DNA of 32,000 nucleotides from Nostoc punctiforme PCC 73102. GTDB lineage: Bacteria; Cyanobacteriota; Cyanobacteriia; Cyanobacteriales; Nostocaceae. How positions within the stretch are numbered: the stretch's first letter is position 1; the number at the start of each line of letters is the position of its first letter. Of the stretch, positions 24,068 to 31,139 are shown one piece after another. Position numbers and translations under genes: made by a program. The notes beneath the pieces are model-generated. The model did no database searches. It saw nothing but the letters and a program-made list of their open reading frames with translations, and was not told the origin of the DNA. The stretch covers positions 4,590,001-4,622,000 of the forward strand of contig NC_010628.1 in NCBI RefSeq assembly GCF_000020025.1, read 5' to 3'.

Positions 24068-25990
24068 ATGGAAATTTTAGAAACAATCGGTTTTGATTTG
24101 GGGCACGGTGAAACGGCTGTAGCTAAAGCGATCGTGGAAAGCATCGACCCCCCCCAGATGTTGGAGATTAACAACAAGAAGAACCAAATTACAGCCCTTG
24201 GTTGGCATCCTAAACTCGGTTATCTAGTCGGCGAACAAGCATTAATTCAAGCTGGCGTTACCCAACTGACAATTTCATTCAAGCAAAAACCCAACAACGA
24301 TCCCAAATATCGGGAAACAATTAGCACTTTTGTAGCAACCTACTACCGCCTTTTGAAAGAAAGTAAACAACTGGAAGGTGGGGAAAGTAGCTATTTTTAC
24401 ATTGGTTGCCCTTCAGGATGGTCAGTTAGCGATCGCACCGAATACCAAAAGCTACTTCAAGAAGCTGGCATTCCCCAACTAAATGTTGTACCCGAATCGC
24501 GGGCTGCTTTCATGCAAGCCAAGGAAGCCGGGAAACTGGAGTATGACAAACTTGTTGCATCGGTGCTAATTGTCGATATTGGTTCTTCAACCACAGATTT
24601 TACTCTGGTTAAGAGCTTAGAAGAGATCCCCATAGATTTCGGGAGTAATACTTTAGGTGCATCTCTAATTGACAAAGCTATTTTTGCCCGGACTCTTGCC
24701 AACCACGAGCAAAAAGCATTACTCGAAAAAGTATTTCAGGAATATCCCCATCACCAAGCTCGTTGTGAACTTGCTTGCCGTAAAGCTAAAGAAGATTACT
24801 TTTCTAATGAACAGCTATACAGCGATCCTGAATCCTTTGCGCGTGGCTTCGAGTCGATTAACGAACAGATTTATTTTATTCCTCAAGTCAATAAATTGCT
24901 GATGGAGGAAATTTTAAACCAGCCCTTACCAGAACTGGGACATCATAGTTGGGTGCGATCGTTTACCGACTCTTTAACCGAGGCAAAAGAAAAGCTAGAA
25001 AAACTTGGAATCGTGCCGAAACTTCTGCTGATGACTGGCGGTGCATCTCGCATGAAGTTTACGCACTTGCTTTGCCAGGAAATGTTTCCCGAACCAGAAA
25101 CGCTGCTTCGCCCCGATCCAGAACCGGAACGGTGTATCGCACTGGGATTAGCACGAGTAGGACGATGGGATCTGCGTGCTGCTGCTTTTAAGGAAGAAGT
25201 CAACAAACTATTTACCTCGAATACGCTTAAAGGTTTGATTGAAAAGCATATCCCGGAGTTAATCGAATCATTAACTAAGCCTTTGACAGATGGCTTGATT
25301 GTCAACGCAGTTAAACCAGCTTTAAAAGATTGGCAAAAAAACAAAATACGGACTTTAGCAGATTTGGAAACATCTTTAATTAGTCGGGCAGAACAGTGGC
25401 TCAAAAGCGAGATTGCTGTGCAGATAATTAATCATCAATGCGCTTCTTGGTTTAGCAATAAAATCCAACCCGATTTAGCCGCACAAACCGATCCAATCTG
25501 TCGAAAGTTTCAGATACCTAGAAGCAGCTTAAGGTTCCAGGATAGTATTGACCCAAATTTTGTTAATCCAGAGTTACGGATTGGAGATGCTATTCTGGCT
25601 GAGACAGTGGGCTTTATTGTCAATATAGTAATTGGTGGAGGTACTGTAGCTAGCATCATCACTCTCATACTAACTGGACATTTAACCTGGCCTATTGCAT
25701 TAGTATACGGGGCTTCGGTGATGGCGGCAGGAATGGAGCTAAATCGCAAGAGTGTTCAAGAAGTAATCAAGACAAATGTGGATGTACCTAGTTGGGTTCG
25801 TTCTAGTTTTTTGAGTGATAAAAAAATCGAGGATATGTGTGAGCAAATAAAGCCTGAGTTAGAGAAAGTTCTTCAAGAACAATTGACAGCAGATCGAGAA
25901 GCTTTTGATAAACTGATTAGTAAAGTTGAGCAAGGGCTTCAAAAAACCCTTTCCACCAAAGTTCAATCTTGCATAATTCTGATCCAATAA
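24068..25990 (+). CDS. Hsp70-family (actin-fold) ATPase lacking a substrate-binding domain, with a C-terminal transmembrane hairpin
   Basis: All Hsp70 NBD motifs occur in order: IGFDLGHGETAVA, NVVPESRAAFMQA, VLIVDIGSSTTDFTLV, RCELACRKAKEDYFS, LLLMTGGASRMKF, PERCIALGLARVG. After ~aa 366 the sequence is helical, followed by a hydrophobic hairpin at aa 514-556 (nt 25607-25735) and a charged tail. Confidence 0.8.
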   Translation: MEILETIGFDLGHGETAVAKAIVESIDPPQMLEINNKKNQITALGWHPKLGYLVGEQALIQAGVTQLTISFKQKPNNDPKYRETISTFVATYYRLLKESKQLEGGESSYFYIGCPSGWSVSDRTEYQKLLQEAGIPQLNVVPESRAAFMQAKEAGKLEYDKLVASVLIVDIGSSTTDFTLVKSLEEIPIDFGSNTLGASLIDKAIFARTLANHEQKALLEKVFQEYPHHQARCELACRKAKEDYFSNEQLYSDPESFARGFESINEQIYFIPQVNKLLMEEILNQPLPELGHHSWVRSFTDSLTEAKEKLEKLGIVPKLLLMTGGASRMKFTHLLCQEMFPEPETLLRPDPEPERCIALGLARVGRWDLRAAAFKEEVNKLFTSNTLKGLIEKHIPELIESLTKPLTDGLIVNAVKPALKDWQKNKIRTLADLETSLISRAEQWLKSEIAVQIINHQCASWFSNKIQPDLAAQTDPICRKFQIPRSSLRFQDSIDPNFVNPELRIGDAILAETVGFIVNIVIGGGTVASIITLILTGHLTWPIALVYGASVMAAGMELNRKSVQEVIKTNVDVPSWVRSSFLSDKKIEDMCEQIKPELEKVLQEQLTADREAFDKLISKVEQGLQKTLSTKVQSCIILIQ

Positions 25991-26124
25991 CGGTAATATA
26001 TAGCAGTAAATATAGTTTTTATAAATTGTTATTGCATCGCCTAAGTGTGGCGAGGGTAGAGTCAGAGTTATAAGGCTAACCCTTTTAAAGTGACTGCTAA
26101 AATAAGATTGTTTTTCTCAGCGCC

Positions 26125-26177
26125 CTCTGTGCCTCTGCGGTTTAAAAGTAAATTTATTTAACCGCAGAGGCACAGAG
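26125..26177. repeat. Nostoc-type dispersed inverted repeat (hairpin)
   Basis: CTCTGTGCCTCTGCGGTT (26125-26142) is the exact reverse complement of AACCGCAGAGGCACAGAG (26160-26177), with a 17-nt AT-rich loop. It lies ~135 nt downstream of the Hsp70-like gene. Confidence 0.65.
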
Positions 26178-26383
26178 AACACAGAGAGAAGAGGTTAAAG
26201 AAGAATTGATAGACTAAAATTCCGCGGCGAATTTGTTGGGTTTCACTTCGTACCACTGCGGAGAAACAAGCTACAGCTCAACTACAATTATCTTTAATTG
26301 AACAGGATTATTTTATAACAAAAAAAGAGACTAAATTAGAAACACAAGTCAGTGACTTAAATATATAAATTACTTAAAAGTCA

Positions 26384-27208
26384 ATGATTCAAACAATAAT
26401 TGCTTTTCTCATAATTGGGCTAATTCTCACAGGGATTTTAATCAATCCCGTTCTAGTAAAAAGGCGAAGAAACCGTCTCAAATACCGTCCTTTTCCTCCA
26501 CTGTGGAATGCGATTATTGAGAATAATCTTCCTATTTATTTGTATCTCTCTCCCAATGAGATAAGACGGCTTCAGGGACATATTCAAGTATTTTTAGCAG
26601 AAAAACAATTTATTGGCTGTAGAGGATTACAGGTGACAGAGGAAATGAAACTGAGCATTGCATCTGTCGCCTGTTTAGTTTTATTAAATGAACGTGGGCA
26701 ATACTTCCCTAGACTTCGTTCAATTCTGGTGTATCCCAATGCTTATTTTGTTAAAGAAACGACTTCCATTGGAAAATATGTTGTTGAAGAAAGGCGTGTG
26801 GCCAGACTAGGAGAATCGTGGACAAATGACCAATTAGTACTGTCTTGGGAACAGGTGAAACACGACATTGATAACTGGAGCGATGGACGTAACGTTGTGC
26901 TTCATGAATTTGCCCATCAATTGGATCAAGAAGATGGTAAAGCTGAAGGAGTTCCGATACTGCAAAGCAACTCAGACTATACTATATGGGCGAAGGTGAT
27001 GACAGAAGAATATCAGCAACTTTGTAATGATGTTCTACAAGGCGCAAAGACGGTAATGCATAGCTATGGCGCAACGAATCCCGCAGAATTTTTCGCCGTA
27101 GCGACTGAGACATTCTTTGAAAAACCGCACCAATTGTTGTCTAAGCATCCGGCACTTTATGAGCAACTGCAACGTTACTATCAATTAGACCCTGGGCAAT
27201 GGGTATAA
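26384..27208 (+). CDS. Zinc metallopeptidase, MtfA / peptidase M90-like, with an N-terminal TM helix
   Basis: HExxH in VVLHEFAHQLD, the downstream NPAEFFAVATETFF motif typical of MtfA-like proteins, and an N-terminal IIAFLIIGLILTGILINPVLV anchor. Confidence 0.8.
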   Translation: MIQTIIAFLIIGLILTGILINPVLVKRRRNRLKYRPFPPLWNAIIENNLPIYLYLSPNEIRRLQGHIQVFLAEKQFIGCRGLQVTEEMKLSIASVACLVLLNERGQYFPRLRSILVYPNAYFVKETTSIGKYVVEERRVARLGESWTNDQLVLSWEQVKHDIDNWSDGRNVVLHEFAHQLDQEDGKAEGVPILQSNSDYTIWAKVMTEEYQQLCNDVLQGAKTVMHSYGATNPAEFFAVATETFFEKPHQLLSKHPALYEQLQRYYQLDPGQWV

Positions 27209-27286
27209 ACTAAATAAATAGGCAAAAATCACATTATGTCCCAATACGCTTGGGTTAAACGCTACTTGTACAAAATTGTGGGTTTT

Positions 27287-27312
27287 GAGACGCGATAAAT
27301 CGCCGTCTCTAC
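27287..27312. repeat. Small dispersed hairpin repeat (GTAGAGACG...CGTCTCTAC family, copy C)
   Basis: GAGACGCGATAAATCGCCGTCTCTAC, located between the convergent M90 peptidase and EVE-domain genes. Confidence 0.65.
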
Positions 27313-27381
27313 AAGTGTTTTGGTCTTATCTGAAATGTATTGCATTATGGCCAGTTAATCAACCTTCCTTTAAAAATATTT

Positions 27382-27404
27382 TACGAATTACGAATTACGA
27401 ATTA
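27382..27404. repeat. Heptamer tandem repeat (TACGAAT x3 plus a partial unit)
   Basis: TACGAATTACGAATTACGAATTA. The stop codon of the EVE-domain gene (minus strand) lies inside the repeat. Confidence 0.7.
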
Positions 27405-27865
27405 TTTAAACTATGACTTTTCATCGCCAGAATCTTCAAAGCCACTGCTTCAGGAACGGGCATAACTGATAATCGATTTCCTTGTCTCACTAACATTAAG
27501 TCTTCATCGCTAAACTTTTCTTTGAGTATTGATAGCAAGATTGGGTTTGAAAAAGTCTCAATGAATTCTACCACAACTGTTTGCCACCGAGGGGATTCGG
27601 AAGTCGATTTTGGGTCGTAGTATTTACTTTCTGGCTCAAACTGACTTGGGTCAGCAATATCTTTTTTGACCACACGCATTAAACCTGCAATACCAGGAAA
27701 ATTAGTGTTTGAATGATAGAAAAAAGCTAAGTCTCCTTCCTCCATTTGGCGCAAAAAGTTACGAGCTTGATAGTTGCGAACACCGTCCCAGATAGTCTGG
27801 CTTTGCTGTTGAAGGTCAACAATGCTATAGGCTTCTGGCTCTGATTTCATTAGCCAATAATTCAT
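27395..27865 (-). CDS. EVE (PUA-like) domain protein
   Basis: MNYWLMKSEPEAYSIVDL...WDGVRNYQARNFLRQMEEGDLAFFYHSN is the canonical EVE-domain N-terminus. 156 aa. Confidence 0.85.
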   Translation of the reverse strand: MNYWLMKSEPEAYSIVDLQQQSQTIWDGVRNYQARNFLRQMEEGDLAFFYHSNTNFPGIAGLMRVVKKDIADPSQFEPESKYYDPKSTSESPRWQTVVVEFIETFSNPILLSILKEKFSDEDLMLVRQGNRLSVMPVPEAVALKILAMKSHSLNNS

Positions 27866-27969
27866 TTATACAGGTTATGAATATACAAATAACAAGGGTT
27901 TTTAAGACAAGGGATTTTATCCCTTGTCTGAGATAGTACCTGGATTTACGCCGTTCTGTACCAGTGAAT

Positions 27970-28638
27970 TTAACTACGGTAAGCTAGAACGGCATAAAAT
28001 GGATCTCCTCCAGCTGCACCCAACCACTGAAATAAATTCGGTAATGTTGACTTATGAGCTATAACTTCTGCGGTTGTAAATCCTGGAACTGAGGCGAAGT
28101 AAGCTTTGACTAATTCTACTCGCTGTGGTTCTGAAGCTTCGCGCCAAGCTTGAATTGCTTTTTCAAAAAACATCCGGTTAGAAAAGCTGATAATTGCGAC
28201 ACCACCGGGTTTCAAGATGCGGTAAATTTCGGAAAATATTGCTTCTGGATATTGCACATACTGCACAGATACGCAATTGAGAACAGCATCAAAATCTTCA
28301 TCTGGTAAAGGTAGCTGCGGATTTTCGTTAAGATTTTGCACAAAATAATGATTTAAGCGGGGATTTCGTGCTAATTCCTCAGCGTTGAGTCCGTGTCCTT
28401 CCACATGGTCAAACTGCATCTCTTCTGGTAGATGGGACACCCAACTGCTCATCATATCAAGAATGCGGGTGTCTTGTACTGAGCGTAGCCGAAGTATGGG
28501 TTTGAGGCGATCGCGGTATAAATCCGTTAGCTGTTGAATAAATCCTTCATCCACATGGGTGACGAAGCGGGGATAGGCATAGAATAGCTTATCGTCCTTG
28601 TCGTCTAATTTCAGGCGTTGATTCGGTCTTAATTGCAT
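27970..28638 (-). CDS. Class I SAM-dependent methyltransferase (type 11-like)
   Basis: 222 aa. ILDMMSSWVSHLP, DAVLNCVSVQY and LKPGGVAIISFSN. It contains a probable 27-nt repeat-derived in-frame segment (ILRLRSVQD). Confidence 0.75.
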   Translation of the reverse strand: MQLRPNQRLKLDDKDDKLFYAYPRFVTHVDEGFIQQLTDLYRDRLKPILRLRSVQDTRILDMMSSWVSHLPEEMQFDHVEGHGLNAEELARNPRLNHYFVQNLNENPQLPLPDEDFDAVLNCVSVQYVQYPEAIFSEIYRILKPGGVAIISFSNRMFFEKAIQAWREASEPQRVELVKAYFASVPGFTTAEVIAHKSTLPNLFQWLGAAGGDPFYAVLAYRS

Positions 28639-28774
28639 AAATCTCTGTTTTGGAGTACTTTTTTCAAAAAATGCGGCAATTTCAGGTATTGTTCAAAAAA
28701 CACTATGTAACATATTTTAATAACAGCAAGATACATAAACGAGTCTAAATAGCAGCATTAATTTTATCAATTCA

Positions 28775-30433
28775 ATGTTTTATAAATTACATATCTTGCG
28801 GCATATTTGGCGACAAACGCGCCTAGTGGGATTATTACCATATTTGAGTTTGTTACTTTGGATACTTCCCTTATTATTATTTACTTCTGGGCACAATAGC
28901 CTGATGGCACATGATGAAGCGCTTTACGCTTCACGTGCGCGTCTGATGTTTGATTCTGGTAATTGGATAACTCCTTGGACAACGGCACATCATAAAACCC
29001 CTGGCCCTTATTGGTTAATTGCCAGTTTCTACAAGCTGTTTGGTATGAGTGATACTAGTGCGCGTCTTCCTAGTATGATTGCTAGTATTTTTAGCTTATG
29101 GCTTGTGTATGAAATCGGCAAAATTATGCTAGGCAAAAAATTAGCTTGGCTTGCTGCTGCAATTTTAAGTGTGGAATTTCTCTGGCTGCAATACTCTCGC
29201 TTAAGTACACCTGATATACCGATGGTTCTATTGGTACTTTTAGCTATTTTGTCTTTAATAAAAACAGAATCATATCCTAAATATCGCTATTTTTGGAGTT
29301 TTATCGCTGGTTTAAGTTTAGGTTTAGGCTTCTTAGTCAGAAGCTTTATGATTTTTTTGCCAATCATCGCTTTATTCCCTTATTTAATTTGGGAACATCG
29401 CCGTCATCATCATCTTACTAACCCATTTTTGTATTTAGGCTTTTTTGTAGGTTTAATCCCTACCTGTCTTTGGCTGTATTTAAGCTGGCTGCACTACGGA
29501 AATCAGAGTTTTGAAGAGTTGCTCAAGTTTGTTATGCAGCTAGGTTCTGAAAATAATTATAGAAACGATCGGCTGTTTTATTTATGGAATATTCTTTTAA
29601 AAGCGTTTCCTTGGGCTTTTTTCGGAGTTTTAGGTTTATTTTTGACTCTACGTCGTCCTATTCCTCGTTATCAGTTAATATTAGTTGGCTTTCCACTTAT
29701 CTTATTTTGTGAGCTTAGTCTTTTTAGCACTCGTCTCCCTCATTATAGTCTTTGCCTTTATCCATTTATAGCTTTGTTCGCATCTGTGGGTTTAACCTGG
29801 TTAGGTAGTATTTACCAGGCAGGAATTACCCCCCCATTACCTCTTGAAAAAGATAAAATAAATATATTAAGCCTTTTTGCCAAAAACAATCTTCCTCGGA
29901 ATCTCAGTTATGGCTTTGGTGGGTTAGGTTTTTTACTTGTTATAGCGAGTATTGGCATTTTTAGTTGGGGTAGTTTTGATTTTCGCAAGTATGCAACTAT
30001 TGGCTTGGCTATGGGCTTGGGTTGGTTAATTTTACCTGTAGTGTGGATTAGTCGTTACCACTTTGGCAAGAAGTTTCTCACAGCGCGTTATTGGATTGCA
30101 GGTTGGCTAATTCCCTGTTGGCTAGCTTTGGCGACGATTGGTAGCATCGGTCTGTTAAGTGACTATAACCATGTTTTGAAAACTTTTTTACAACAAAGTG
30201 CGATCGCTTCAACTCTCCAATCTCATCCTACCTACTATGTGGAAATAGACCAGAAAACCGAAGTATTATTTGAGTTCTATCTTCCTATTCATGCCCAGCA
30301 AGTAGCCTCTATTTCGCAAATACCAGCTTTGAGCTATGCTTGGATCTATAGTGACCAATCCCCTAAATTATCTAGACCTCACCGTATTCTCGGCACTGTC
30401 AAAGAGTACCAGTTGATCCAATTTCTTCCCTAA
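28775..30433 (+). CDS. Glycosyltransferase family 39 (ArnT / PMT-like) integral membrane protein
   Basis: 552 aa and polytopic. The first-loop motif MAHDEALYASRA (DE motif) and the subsequent TPWT...HKTPGPYW are typical of ArnT-like enzymes. Confidence 0.8.
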   Translation: MFYKLHILRHIWRQTRLVGLLPYLSLLLWILPLLLFTSGHNSLMAHDEALYASRARLMFDSGNWITPWTTAHHKTPGPYWLIASFYKLFGMSDTSARLPSMIASIFSLWLVYEIGKIMLGKKLAWLAAAILSVEFLWLQYSRLSTPDIPMVLLVLLAILSLIKTESYPKYRYFWSFIAGLSLGLGFLVRSFMIFLPIIALFPYLIWEHRRHHHLTNPFLYLGFFVGLIPTCLWLYLSWLHYGNQSFEELLKFVMQLGSENNYRNDRLFYLWNILLKAFPWAFFGVLGLFLTLRRPIPRYQLILVGFPLILFCELSLFSTRLPHYSLCLYPFIALFASVGLTWLGSIYQAGITPPLPLEKDKINILSLFAKNNLPRNLSYGFGGLGFLLVIASIGIFSWGSFDFRKYATIGLAMGLGWLILPVVWISRYHFGKKFLTARYWIAGWLIPCWLALATIGSIGLLSDYNHVLKTFLQQSAIASTLQSHPTYYVEIDQKTEVLFEFYLPIHAQQVASISQIPALSYAWIYSDQSPKLSRPHRILGTVKEYQLIQFLP

Positions 30434-30488
30434 GATAGATGCAAAGCACCTATTGCTAAAAAATGTTGATTTATATACTATAGACAAT

Positions 30489-30503
30489 AGTACGCATACT
30501 AAG
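30489..30503. promoter_or_regulatory. Candidate MarR operator, copy 1 (AGTACGCATACTAAG)
   Basis: It lies 12 nt upstream of the marR-family start codon. Its core TAGTA-CGCA-TACTA has 5-bp inverted arms. The same core recurs twice downstream of the gene. Confidence 0.45.
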
Positions 30504-30514
30504 TATTTTGCTAA

Positions 30515-30982
30515 ATGGTTTCTACATCTAATCATTCCCCAGCTTTAGAGTCGTGGCAGCAAAATCTGGCACCATACAATTTGGGCTACAGAATCAAATT
30601 AGTCTCACAATTGCTCAGTCGCAAGTTTACAGATAAGCTAGAACCCTTTGGACTTACACCATTTCACTGGTTGGTGTTGTGCTGTTTGTGGCAAGAAGAT
30701 GGTTTACCTACTTCTAGTATTGGAGACAAACTCAAACAAGTAGGAGGAACTTTAACAGGCGTACTAGATCGGATGGAAGAACGTGGTTTGGTGCGTCGAG
30801 AACGCGACACTCACGATCGCCGCATCTGGCGGATCTGGCTAACGGATGCAGGTAAAGAACTAGAAACTATCTTACCCCCAATCGCCGCCGCAGTCAGGGA
30901 TGAAGCAATGGACGGTATTTCTTTTGCTGATCGAGAACTATTTTCCCAAATCTTGAATCGGGCGATCGCTAACCTCTCCTAA
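30515..30982 (+). CDS. MarR family transcriptional regulator
   Basis: 155 aa. Winged-HTH region LTGVLDRMEERGLVRRERDTHDRRIWRIWLTDAG. Confidence 0.85.
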   Translation: MVSTSNHSPALESWQQNLAPYNLGYRIKLVSQLLSRKFTDKLEPFGLTPFHWLVLCCLWQEDGLPTSSIGDKLKQVGGTLTGVLDRMEERGLVRRERDTHDRRIWRIWLTDAGKELETILPPIAAAVRDEAMDGISFADRELFSQILNRAIANLS

Positions 30983-31041
30983 AGATGATCCCATAATCAC
31001 CCGACCGGGGGAAGTGTTGTAAAGATTTGTTTTGAGATAAT

Positions 31042-31095
31042 ATTACGCATACTAAGGAAATAAGATTTTTTTCAGGAAATACTACGCATTCTAAA
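31042..31095. promoter_or_regulatory. Candidate MarR operators, copies 2 and 3
   Basis: ATTACGCATACTAAG (31042-31056) and ACTACGCATTCTAAA (31081-31095) lie in the 157-nt gap between the marR-family gene and the HlyD-family gene. Confidence 0.45.
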
Positions 31096-31139
31096 TAAAC
31101 GACTATCAATCAAATCATCGAACAAGCGAGTTAAGAATC

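Noticed and set aside
24457-25749. Several 77-153-aa ORFs on both strands inside the Hsp70-like gene (24457-24702, 24669-24902, 24943-25404, 24949-25191, 25510-25749)
   Set aside because: All are nested in a long ORF with strong family motifs. Their compositions (Ser/Arg-rich) are typical of off-frame shadows.
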